Assembly (NCBI GenBank): GCA_004431415.1
Contig: QPMI01000212.1
Coordinates: forward strand, 81,678-145,677
DNA length: 64,000 bases
Direction of reading: 5' to 3'
From: Cyanophora paradoxa CCMP329
Lineage: Eukaryota > Plantae > Glaucophyta
Shown here: positions 24,230 through 35,759 of the stretch, in pieces
How the letters are laid out: each line of letters begins with the position of its first letter
How positions within the stretch are numbered: the first letter of the stretch is position 1
Translations under genes and position numbers: made by a program
Notes under the pieces: generated by a model
The model's database searches: none
What the model saw: only the letters and a program-made list of their open reading frames with translations
Told to the model about the DNA's origin: nothing

Positions 24230-24546
24230 GCGGCGGCTGCGGCGCCAGGCTCAACTTCGATCAGCCCGTGTTTAATCCGACTACTAGCTATGTAGTAGTA
24301 GCCGACATGCAGGAACTGGGATTTCGACGGCACTGCGCATGCGGCAGCGTTGAAGCGGGGATAGCTATATGAGCTGCTGATCATAAGCTTTGGCTACAGG
24401 ATCCGATGATCCGGAGCTAGGACGTCGACGTCGGTTGCGAATCGAAAGGGCAAGTCACCAGCTGCAGTGGCCAGCTGCATCAACCAAGTCCCGAATCCGC
24501 GTAGCCCCCCCGTCTTCATTCCCCCGTTCGCCAGACAGATCTAGCC

Positions 24547-25519
24547 ATGGCCTTCGTCGCCGCCACCCCGTTCGTGTCTGCCCGCGCCACCAGCATTCAG
24601 GCGACCCCGGCCTGCTCCACCGTCGCGACCCGGCCGGTCCTGCGCTCTGCGTTCAAGGGTGCCGCCGTCGCGCACCGCACTTTCGCTGCCCAGCAGGTTC
24701 AGGTTAGTCGCGCCAAGTCCCCCTGCCGAACCTTGTGATCTGCGCGCGACTCGTGCCTGACCACCCGCGCGCTCGCAGTTCCAGCCCCGCACCTTCACCG
24801 TGCGCGCGGAGCTCGACAAGAACATCGGCGCTGCCATCAGCAACGCGCTGACTTCCATCTCCGGGGTGAGAACGCCCCGCCGAAAAGAATCTGAGGAGGG
24901 GCCATCGGACCGCGCGCTCTATGTGACACTTAAGGCTAACATCCGCATAGAAGGAGATGGAGTTCACTCCTGAGGCGGAGCAGCTCAACGGCCGGTGCGC
25001 GCTCGATGCGACCTAATGATGTGGGTCCGCCCGCTGACGTCTATCTCGCGATGCTCGCAGCCTGGCGATGCTCGGCATGCTCGGGTTCGCTTTTAACTAT
25101 CTAATTCGTTTGCTTGGTCTGACCATGCTCGGGATTGGCACAGTCTCATCCTGATCGAGGTCCGCTGAGCGCTAGCGACGGTTCGCGCTCGCCGCCGCCG
25201 ACGCGCTCATCGCAGCTCGCCACCGGCGCTGGCGGTCTCAAGTTCCTCTACGGCACTTTCCTCGCCCCCGGTCCGTGCCACTCTGGCCCGGCAGCGCCCC
25301 GTTGCTGACAGGAGGCCCGCGGCGCAGTGCTCGAGCTCATCGGCTTCGGCTTCTTCGTGTGGTTCGTTTCCAAGAAGGTGCTCGTCAAGTCCGCGCGCGA
25401 GGAGCTCATCGGCGGTGAGCGTCGCCTTCCCCGCCCCGCCGGCGCCGCCGCTGGTGCTGAGCGCGCCGCCCGCAGAGGTCACGGGTCTGGTCGACAAGAT
25501 TGTCGGCAAGTCCGAGTAA
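24547..25519 (+). CDS. Plastid two-helix protein: HLIP/LHC chlorophyll-binding helix fused to CURT1/CAAD-like C-terminus
   Basis: 8 exons (24547-24702, 24779-24865, 24951-24994, 25061-25084, 25144-25159, 25216-25270, 25328-25414, 25476-25519), all GT-AG; MAFV transit peptide; FTPEAEQLNGRLAMLGMLGLILIELATG then FLAPVLELIGFGFFVWFVSKKVLVKSAREELIGEVTGLVDKIVGKSE*. Confidence 0.85.
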
Positions 25520-25705
25520 GAGCGGGGGTCGCCCGTTTCTCTAGGACCCACAGGCAGCCGTATGCAGTCATAGATAGATGCACTCTTTTCAAGCTTTCAA
25601 CAACGGCGCACTTCTGCGCCACTGCTCGCGATCGCGCGCCTGCCCCGAGCACTTTTCTGAACGCCGGCGCCGGCTCGCGCCGTCGGCCGAGGCCCGGCCA
25701 GCCGG

Positions 25706-26140
25706 CTAGGGGCGGCGGGGGGCTCCCCAGAGCGCGGCGGGCGGGGCGGCGGAGGCGGGGGCGGTGCCGGCGACGGCGACGCCGGAGGCGAGGTGGGTGA
25801 GGTCGAGCGTGGCGAGGCGCCCGTTGCCCGGCGCCGGGCTCTCCGCGCTCGTCGCCACCGTCCGCTGCGTCCCGTTCTCCACCAGCACGTAGCGGTACCC
25901 CTCGTACGCTGGAGGGGCGTCAGCCCGGTCGGGCGAAGGTGGCCTACTCGAGCGCGGGGCGGCACGCACGGTTTTGCGCGGGGGTGCTGGGGTACGGGCT
26001 GGGCGCGGCGACGTGCCCGGGGGAGGGCGGGGCCGCGTAGCGCGCAAGGGCGGGGACCGCGTCGAGCGAGGGCGCCGGCGCGCGGCCGAAGAGGAGCGTC
26101 TCGAGGCTCGTGACGCGCCGCTCCAGGCTGGCAACCTGCC

Positions 26141-26186
<46 letters not shown>

Positions 26187-29100
26187 GCCATGCGGCGGGC
26201 CGTGCGGCGGGTGCGGCGGGCCGTACGGCGGGTAGGGCGTGCCGTGCGGCGGGTAGGGCCGATGCGGGTCGTAGGGGCCCGGCGGGGGCAGGCCGTAGTG
26301 GGGCGGCGGGGGGCCGTAGAAGTTGTACGCGGCGCCGGGCAGCGGGGGCCCCTGGTGGGCGTCGAGGGGCAGCGGGTGCCTGCCCGCCTCCTCGAGGGCG
26401 TGCGCGGGGGCTGCCGACGGGCGCGGCGGGGGCACGAGCGACGCGTGGTGGGCCGAGCGGGGCGAGAGGGGCGCGGGTGGCACAGGGCCCGAGAGCCGCC
26501 GCTCCTGCGCGGGGCGGCGTGAGGCCGGTGAAGCGGAGGGGCGGGGCGGGGCGGACGGCGTCGGAGGCGAGGAGGGCGAGGCGCTCCTCGAGGGCCGCCA
26601 CGCGCCCTCGAGCGCCTCCTGCGCCCGGCCCCGCGCCGCCTGCTCCGCCCGCAGCGCCGCCAGCTCCCGCCCCACGCCGGCCCCGCCGCCCCGCCGCCCC
26701 GCCGCGTGGTGCGGCAGCACGGGCTTCCGCTCCGGCTCCGGGTCGAACTCTGGTGGGCGTGGGCGTGGGCGGGGCAGGGCGAGGGGGGCGCGGGCCGGGG
26801 CGGGCGCACCGGGGGCGGCGTCGTACTCGCCGGCGTGGAGGGCGGGGTCGACGTGGGCCGGCGGCAGCGCGCACTCGCCCCGCTCGTCCTCGAGGGCGCG
26901 GTGGCGGGGCGGCGGCGCCGCCTCCTCGCCCGCCGCCAGTGCCGCCTCATAGTTCAGGATGCTCGCCGCCGTCGCCCCCGCCCGCCCCGCCCCGCGCCGG
27001 GGCCGCCGCCGCGCCGGCCACCGCGCTGCGGGAGAGGGCGAGGGAGGAGCGGCGGGCGACCTCGCGGGAGACCGAGGCGGCCGAGCGGAGGGGCACGGGG
27101 GCGCCCGCGGGGGCGCCCGGCCGCCACGCGTGGCGGGGCCCGGGGACGGGGGCGGGGCGCCGGCGGGGAGGGACGGGGTGCGGGGCGGGAGGGCGAAGAG
27201 GGGCTCGTCGGCGTCGGCGCGCTGGATGAGGAAGGCCGCCTCCAGGGGCCGCTCCCCCTCGAGCTCCACGTCCCGGTCGCCCCACACCACCAGCGTGAAC
27301 CGCGACTCCTGCCCCGGTGCCTGCCCCGCCCCGCCCCGCGTCAGCCCAGCAGCGCCCCCCGAGGCAGCCGGGGCGGGGCGGGCCATGGTCATGGGGATGA
27401 TCTTGTAGTGGCCGGGCTCGAGCGTGCACTCGACGGAGACCTCGCGGCCGGGGAAAAAGGGCGGGGAGGTCTGGGCGACGACGTTGGCCGCCGTGAGGGC
27501 CCGCGCCTGCAGAGCCGTCGGGCCGCGTCCCGCGGGAGAGCGCGGGCGGGGCAGGGCGGGGCGGACGGCGGAGACGTGGCGGCCGGCGACGCGGACGACG
27601 AGGAAGCCGATCTTAACGTCGTAGGTGGTGCGCCCCGCCAGGCGCGCGTCCGGCTGGCTCAGCGTGATCACCACCGTCGTCGTCGCCTCCGGCACCTGCC
27701 GCCCGCCGTCGCGGCGCGCCTCGGCTGGTGCGGGGCGGAGCGGGGCGGGGCGGGGCGGGCCTCGACGTGGAACTGGCGGTTGTCGATCCAGGAGGGGTTC
27801 ACCGCTGACGTCGGCCGGCCCCGCTCGTCCAGCCGCCGCGGCCCGCCCCCGGCCCCCTTCCCCTTCCACTCCCCCTGCCCCCCCGTCGGCCCAAGAGGGG
27901 GGGGGGACGAAAGGTGGGGGTACGGGGCGCACGTGGACGTACTGGCCGTGCCACTCGTGCGGGAAGATGCGGCAGAGGTAGACCTGCGGCGCGCGTCAAG
28001 GGGGGGCGGGGGCGGGGGCGGGGGGCGAGGGCCCCGAGGGGCCCGCCGCGCCTTGGAGAAGTGGAGGATGAAGTCGGGCCAGGCCATCCAGAAGGTGCCG
28101 TCGTTGCCGGCCTCGGTCGAGTAGCCGAGCTCGCGCTCGAGCTCCTCCGTCCAGCGCTCGTCCCCGTCCGACCAGTCGCCCGTCCACTCGCCGAAGCCGT
28201 ACGGGTTGCGCAGCGAGAGGAGCCGCACGCGGGCGCCCCCGGTCTCCACCTCGCGCATGTCCAGCAGCGAGTACGCGTGGCCCTGCCCCGCCCCTCGGCC
28301 TCCGCGGGGGCGCGGGGCGCAAGGCGCGGGGCGCGGCGCACGCGGACGATGCCCTGGCGGCCGGAGAAGCCGGCGGCGCCCATGAGGGAGCCGGCGCGGT
28401 GCAGCTCGAGGAGGCGGGGCCACGTGAGGTCCGCCTTCAGGTCCGCCTGCCCCGCCGCCGTCTGAAAGTTCCTGCGCCGCGCTCGCCGCGCTCGCCGGGG
28501 CGGGGGGCGGGGGGCGGGCGGGGGGGCGGGGCCGGGGCGCACGCGACCTCGGGGACGCCGCCGGTGAGGTCCTTGAGGCCGTAGTCGACGAAGCCGGCGA
28601 CGAGCGCCTCGTAGCAGCCGTGCACCTTCGCGTACGCCTTCTCCAGCACCGCCACCCACAGCTCGTTCGCTGCCGCCCCCTCGGCCCCGCGCCCACGGCG
28701 GCGCGAGGGGGCGGGGGCCCGCACGGTCGTGGCAGCGGGCGAAGACGGGGCGGTTGGAGGTGCGGCTGCAGAGGATGCGGTCGTCGACGACGACGCGGTG
28801 CCAGTACTCGTCCTTGTAGACGGCGACGGCGTAGAGCCCCCGCGGGCCGTACTCCACCTCCTTGCGCCCGTGCAGCACGAAGAGGCGCTTCAGGTACTCG
28901 CGCCGCCCGGCCAGCACCGCCATCGAGCTGATGAACCAGCAGTCCCCCAGCACGCCCTGCACCACGTCCGACGCGTCCGTGCCGCGAACGAAGAGCATCG
29001 GGGCCCCCGGGCAGAACCTGGGCCCCGGCCCCGCTCAAGCGCCGGCGCCGCACCCCGGCAGGCAAGCCGGCGCACTCGGCCGGCCGCAACCAGTCGCAGG

Positions 29101-29567
29101 AGTCGAGGTCCACAAGCGGGCTGTCGTTGTAGGGGTTCTTCGGCGGCGCGCTCGGGTCCCGCCAGAGGCTTCGCGCATCTGTCGGGAACTCCGCATCCTC
29201 GAACAGCTGCCGAAGGCGTGAGCGCGCAGTAAGACGGCAGGGAAATGCGTAGCTAAGCTTGGCCGACACGCGCGACTGCACCAGAGGGGCCCTGGCGGCC
29301 AAGCCAACGCACCTTGCCCGGCGCCAGCTGCTCAATCAGTTTCGCAGGCTGCCTCGCTTTATCGTGGTTCACACAAGCCTGCTCAGATCACCGTGAGCAC
29401 AGGCAGCTAGCAGGGAAGCACAGCCTGCAGGAGACCGTCGGACGCACTTTCACTCGGCAGGTTTCAGGCGTGCACAGCGGCGTAGGCGTCGGGAGGGGCC
29501 GCTTCTTCTTTGCAGCTGCAGGCCCGCCCGGCACCTGCACCGGTGCTGGCGGCGGGCGCATCGGCAT
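25706..29567 (-). CDS. Calpain-family cysteine protease (CysPc + domain III) with coiled-coil and Pro/Tyr-rich tail
   Basis: [20 protein letters not shown] (Cys), [30 protein letters not shown] (His), [15 protein letters not shown] (Asn), DGTFWM; [18 protein letters not shown]. Confidence 0.92.
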
Positions 29568-30013
29568 CGAAGTGCTAGTTGGGCCGAAGCCTCGAAGTGG
29601 ATTCGGAGCTGTACGCCCCCACGGTTCACCCTGGGGCAACCTGGCCAGCCCAGCTCATGATCATGATGATATCAGCCGGCTCAGCTGGCTCAAGGCGCCG
29701 GCACGAGCCGCGGCGCCGCTCAATTGGGAGGCCGCCAGCGTCCGACGGCCAGTCGCCGCGCGGCGCTGCAGCCGCTGAGCTGAGCCGGCGCCGCCGCCGC
29801 GCGCCCGGCCCGCGGCCCCCTACTAGGCTAGGCCTTCAAGGCCCTGAGGCTTCGAAATTCCTGGGAGCCTCGGAGTCTGCGACACGCTCTATTTAAATAG
29901 AATAAGCTGACAACGCGATAATGCGATAAATTATACACCGTCCTGAAAGCCCTGACTGCCTGTGCTGGATAGTCTGATCTACGCTACTGTTCCGGCGGGG
30001 CGGGCATGGCGCG

Positions 30014-31412
30014 CTAGAGCTCGCAGTCCTTGCCGAGGACGGCGGCCATGCCGCGGAGGTGCATGATGCCCTGCTGGGCGATCTTGCTCCGCAGGCCCAG
30101 CTGCCCGATGTACAGCCGCACCGCCGACAGCACCACCGGGTACGCCTCCGCCACCGTCTGCAGCCGGATCGAGCGCGGCAGCTGCGTGCAAACGCGCTCG
30201 ACCTGGCTCCGGAGGTACTGCTCGCCCTTCTCGTCCTGCGGGGGGCGTCAGGGCGCGGGGCGGGGGCGGCGGGGGCGGGGGCGGCGGGCCGGGGGCTTGG
30301 CGAGGGCCTCGAAGTCGCCGACGAGGCCGTCGCCCTTCTCCATGCGCCGCTTGCTCTTGATCTTCCGCATCGACTTCACCGAGAACGCCGACGCCGTCAG
30401 CGCGTCCAGCTCCTCGTCTGCCCGCCCCTCAGCCCCGCCCCGGCCCCCGCCCCCCGCCCCCCGCCCCGCGCACCGATGTCGCCCTTCTTGCCCTTGCGCC
30501 CGCGGCGCGCGCCCGGGACGCCCAGCAGGCCGTCCGCCTCCACGGAGGGGCGCCTGGTCCCGCCGGCCCCGCCCTCCTCATCGTCATCCCCCAGCTCCGT
30601 CCGGCTCGCCGCCGTGATTCCGATCCGCAGCCCGCCGCCCGCCCCCTTCGCCCCCGCCCGCCCCTCGCCGCCTCTCCTCGCGGGCTGCTTCTCTGCGCCG
30701 GGTCGCCGCGCGTGAGGGGGCGCCTCGGGGGCCGTGGCGGGGCGGCGGGGCGGCGGGGCGGGGGCGGGCCCTCGTCGCTGGCGCTGCCGGCGTCGGTGGG
30801 GGTGCGGCGGTCGGGGATCTCCTCGAGGGCGGCAACCTCTGCCGCCGTCGGCTCCGCCTCCACTTCCTCCAGGTCCCCCAGCGGCTCGAACTCCGCGTGC
30901 CCCATCCCCTCCGGCGCTGCCGCCCCACCCGTCAGCCCCGCGCCTCCAGGCCGCCGCGCGCCGTCCCGCACCGTCTACCGAGGCTCGCGAGCGCGCGGAG
31001 GCCCTGGAGGTCGCCCGCGCGTGGTCCGCCGCGCTGCTCATGGGCCTGCCCAGCGCCGACTCGCCCCGCTCTCCGTGCAGGTCGTCGAAGACAGGGCCCG
31101 TGTGTGTGTGCAGAGGATGCTCCTGAACACTGAATCCGGCGGGCATAGCCAGCGCCACGGGCTGCACTGCGCTCGCCGGGGCGCTGAAGTCGAAAAGAGT
31201 TCCAGGCAGCGTCGCATCCTCCAGCGAGGCTGAACAGGACGACGTTAGCATAAGCTCGTGCGCCGAGGAGCAGCCCGCGCGCGGCGCTAGACGCAGGCAC
31301 CTTCGGCGGGGCCAATTACGCGGCCCGTCGCGGGATCAACAGGAGGTTGGCTGGGCGCATCTTCCATGATCAGCTGCGCTTCCCCCGCGGCCGAAGGCCT
31401 TCGGTCCTCCAT
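30014..31412 (-). CDS. Hypothetical protein (disordered N-terminus, helical C-terminal domain)
   Basis: Spliced exons ending ..EQYLRSQVERVCTQLPRSIRLQTVAEAYPVVLSAVRLYIGQLG..KDCEL*; no family recognised. Confidence 0.55.
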
Positions 31413-31486
31413 GGTTGCTGGTGTTGTTTTTTTGCCGCATGCGGGTACACGACTTCTCAGGCATGAGGCGGGCCAGCTGCTCCAGC

Positions 31487-34011
31487 ATGGAGCCGCCAGC
31501 TGCGTTTTGCTTCTCGAGACGCGCATGCGTCGTGCTGCTGCGGCTCGGGCTCGCTCTGGCCCTCGCGCTTGTTTTCCTCGCCCAGGGCGCCGCCGCCGCT
31601 AACGACATCGACCCTGACAAACTCACAAATCGGCCCTACAACGGTGAGTATTCCTGACATCCGCGTATGCCCGGAATGCCCCGGACAGCGCCGTCACCGC
31701 CGGAATGCGGCTCCGGCGCACTGTATGTGACGCGCGCGTGCGCTTGCCGATGTGCAGACGAGGAGCTCGCGCAGATCGCTGCCTGCTCCAGCGCCACGGG
31801 CACGGATTGGTGCGCTCTCGCTCTAGATCTGTCGAAACGCTGCCGATGCGTGACGCGCCCGGCAGCGGAACATGCACACTAGGCGGCTGCATGTGGTAAG
31901 AACCGAGATGGGAGACTGTATGGTGAGAAGCTCTGACCCTCGCGACAGGTGGTAAGAACTGAGATTAGAATGCATATGCACGGTGAGAAGCTGTGACCCT
32001 CTCACGTCCACAGCCCTCTCTTCCGCACATGCTACCCCAAATTCCTGCTGCCGACCCAGCGTGCGCCACATCCAAGGCGCTACGCGCCGCGCGCCGGGTC
32101 TGGGAGTGACGCCGTCGCGGTGCAGACTGCAAGGCGGGGGCGTACGACGCGTTCCCGATCACCCCGTGGCTTCTCGACCCCGCCGACTGCAGCGGTGCGG
32201 CCCCGCATTCCTCCCGAGGCTCGCGCCAGGCGCCGCTGACCGCGACGCCCCCGCAGTGAACGCGACGGAGGCCGGTCAAGGCGTGAGCGTGCAGGTGCAA
32301 GCGCGGCATGCGCGGTGCGCCGCTCGCTCCGAGGCGAGTGGGGGGACAGCTGCCGGACGGGCGGCGGGCGCTCGAGGCGGGCCGGAACGTGAGCGTGCGC
32401 TGGTCCACGCGAGGCTTGGACTTCCGCGCTGTCTTCCGCGTCGCTCTCCTTGCTCTCTTCGCGCCGGGCGAGGTGCGCACGTGCCACCCGCCCGGCCGGC
32501 CGCGCCGGGGGGCGGCGGGGGCCGACGCAGGGGAGCAGCCGGTGGTGCACGTGGCGGCGGCGCAGCAGGAGAACACGGGGGCGTTCGACTTCGAGCTGCC
32601 GCGCTGGCTCCCCACGGGCCACTACGCCGCCGAGCTCCGCCTCTACGAGCTCGGCGCTCTCTCCGCCTCCCTCGCCGCCCGCTCCCCGCCCTTCCCCGTC
32701 CTCGGCCCGCCCGCCCCCCGCCCCTCCTCGCCACGCCTCCCGCTGCCGCCGGCTTCCTGAGGCTGCGCGCGCGCAGGGCCGCTCTCGCCGCCGCCGGGGA
32801 GCCCCGGGTTCAGCCCGCTGCGGGCGGACGTGCCTCTGTGCGGGCTCTACGCCGTGCCGGCGGCGTGCGGCCTGCTGGCCTCGTGCTCGGGCTTCTCGTG
32901 TGCGGCCGCGGAGGCCCCGGGCGCCTCGCTGGTGCCGCCCGAGCTGCTGGCGGGCACCCTCCTGCGCGCCCTCTCCGTCGCCGCCGACAACTGCGTGCGC
33001 CGCCTGCCCCGGGGGCGGCCCCCTCGCCCCGCCTCACGGGCGGCGGCGCAGACGCTGCGCGTGGACGCGGAGGCGGACTTCCGCGGGGGGCCCGCCGCCT
33101 CTTCTCCGCCACCGCCCCAGGCCCGCCGCCCCCGCCCGCTCGCCTCGCGCGCCGGCCGTGCGCTGACGCCGCGGGGCGGCAGTGCACGACGGGCGGGTGG
33201 CGCTCACGCCCGACACGGCCCTCTCCCTCGCCGACATGCGCCTCGACCCGCCGACGCGCGCCCCGCCCCGCCCCGCCCGTGGCGCGGGCGCCGGCTGAGG
33301 GCGGGGCGGCAGGCGGGGGCGTTGCGGGGCAGCCTCTTCCTCGTGACGGGCGACGTGGCGGTGACCCTCGCCGCCGACCTCCGCCTGCTCCTCGACCGCG
33401 CGCCCCGACCCCCGCCTCGCCCGAACCCCCGCATCCGCCCGTCACTCCCTGCGCAGCGCTCTCCGTCGCCCGCCGCTGCCCGTTCCCTCCGCGCCCGAGC
33501 CTCTACGCCCAGCGCGCCCCGCCGGCCCTCACGGGCCCGAGGCCGACGCCCGGAGGCGGCGGCGGGAGCAGCCCGGGGGCGACGCCAACGCCGACACCGG
33601 CCGGGGGTGAGAAGGGGCCGGGGGGCCCGGGGCGGTGCCGCAGAGCGCGGGGGCGGGCCCGCTGGGGACGGGGGCCATCGCCGGCATCTCCGCGGGGGCC
33701 GGAGCCCTCGCCCTCGTCGGCGCCGGCGCCGCCGCCGCCGTCGCCATCCGGTGCACCCCCGCGCTGCCGCCCCACCGCTGCGCCGGGCCTGACGGGCAGG
33801 CAGGAGGCGGCGCAGGACATCGGGGGGGGAGGAGGAGGAGGCCCCCGGGGCCGGTGGGGAGGCCGCCAGAGAGCTGGAGCCGCAGCCCACGGGCGCGGCC
33901 CCCGAGACGGCGGCCCCGGCGGGCCCCCACGGGCCGGACGGAGGCTGGGAGGATGCCGCAGGCGAGGGCGAGGAGGTCAACCGCCGGAAGGGCGGCTGCA
34001 CGGTCATGTGA
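31487..34011 (+). CDS. Type I membrane protein with PSI-like Cys-rich domain and C-terminal CaaX
   Basis: Signal peptide LLRLGLALALALVFLAQGAAA; CSSATGTDCGTCTLGGCMWCPLFRTC; TM GAIAGISAGAGALALVGAGAAAAVAI followed by RRRRR; ends RRKGGCTVM*; early exon junctions and start (31463/31487) uncertain. Confidence 0.7.
31896..32013 (+). repeat. Tandem pair of homologous introns (31896-31948, 31952-32013) separated by 3-nt exon GTG
   Basis: gtaagaaccgagat..ggtgagaagctctgaccctc..acag vs gtaagaactgagat..ggtgagaagctgtgaccctc..acag. Confidence 0.75.
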
Positions 34012-34326
34012 GGGGGCGGCCAGCCCCCACTTACCGCACAGAGTCTTTAGCTGCATGCGCAGACTAGCGCTGTAAATACAGGTCACAGATCTAGAATAAC
34101 GAAGCGAGCCTCAATGCCGCATGAACGCCTAGCCGCACTGTGTACCCGGCCACCCAGAAAAAAATTCGCTTGCAAAGTTGGCGCTCCACGGGCCACGGCA
34201 TCAGCTGCCAGCTGCTTTAGCACGGAGGAGTCCGGGAGGATATGCATCATTAGCTATAGACAAACTTGAGCCGACGCGCGAGCTGGGCTTCTCGCTGAAG
34301 CGAAATCGGCTCTGGAGCTGACAGCC

Positions 34327-35512
34327 ATGGGTGGAAAGCCGAGTTCAAGTAGCGCGAAGAAGCGTGCGCCGCGCACCTCACCCCAGCTCTCTCCCGTTGA
34401 GCTCACCGCCACGCAGCGTCCTACCAAGAACCCCCGCAGCCAAAGGCGAGCAAGAGGGAGGAAGAGGATGACTTTGATCAAATGACCTCGCAGGGAACTG
34501 TTGTGGTGCGCCCGACGTTGGGGGTTCATATTGGCGTAGCCGCATCTCCGTGTGCTCCCGCCTGACCGCGCGTCCGGAGCAGAAGAAGGTGCAGCGAGCG
34601 ATGCCGAAGGATGACTTGCCGTCGCTGCTTGACGCTGCGCGCCACGGCTTCGCATATCAGGTGCCGCGCCCGCAGCCCCGCCGCGCGCGGGCGGTTCGCC
34701 GACGGGGCGCGCGGCAGCTTGCGGAGAAGGAGACGGAAGACGACGTGGAGAAAGAGATCCTCTCCATGTCGCGGGCGCCGCCCGTGCCGAAGCCGAGGCA
34801 ATCGCCGGAGCCGGCGGGGCCGGAGCTCGAGGGGCCAGGCGGGGAGTTCGGCCTGGGCGGGGAGTTCGGGGCGGACGCCGAGTTCGGCGACGACATCGAC
34901 CTCAACGCCTCCCGCGGCCTCCGCCGCCTCCCCAAGCCCGCCCCGCCCGCCGCCGAGACCCCGCCGGGGCCCCGGGAGCGCCGCGCCAGCATGGAGCACG
35001 CAGAGCAGCGCTTCGCGCCGATGGAGGGCCCCCCTGCCGCCGCGGATGGCGCCTCGGTCCGGCGCTTCAGCTCGCCGACCCGGCACGACGAGGGGCGGGC
35101 GGGTTTCCCGCACCAGCCGCCCCCGGCGGCCGTGCCGCCGCGCAGCCCCGTCCCGGGCGGCCTCAGCGTGAGCGCGACCGGCAGCCTGCGGGCGGGCCTC
35201 GAGGCGAGCGCAGCGGTCTCAGCGGCCCTCACGCCGGGTCCGCGGGCGGCGGCGCCAGCGCTCCCGCACGGGCACGCGCCCGTCGGGGGCCCCGCGCTGG
35301 ACCCGACCTCGCCGACGGCCCTCTTCCTCGCGCGGCGCCCGTCCCCGGGCTCCCTCGCGTCCCCCGAGGTCGCGAGGAGCCCGAGCCCGGGACCGGCGCG
35401 GGGCGGCGGGCAGCGCGGGCGCATCGTAACCGCCGGCGGTGTGGCGCAGGCGGGCGGCGGGCCCCGCCAGAACCTCAACCTCGCCTCGTACCAGCTCGGC
35501 CTTGTCACCTGA
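34327..35512 (+). CDS. Hypothetical disordered protein, predicted N-myristoylated
   Basis: MGGKPSS (Gly2/Ser6); three GT-AG introns give a continuous frame to ..NLNLASYQLGLVT*. Confidence 0.6.
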
Positions 35513-35759
35513 CCGCCGGCCGCAACTGCGCCCCGCCCCAGCGCAGCCACAACGAGGAAACGACTGGAGATGACTTCGAAGATTTTCCGCGCACGCTTAT
35601 TTTCATTAGCCAGATTTAGGCAGCTTTCGGCTGCGATTCGTAGATCCAGCCATGTGTACTCTATCGCTCGCCATGTCGTGCTCAACTGCGTGTCGTCAAC
35701 TTGGCAACATGCTTAAATTGAAGTTTGAATGCTGTTGATTTGTCCCGGCCCTCCATATC

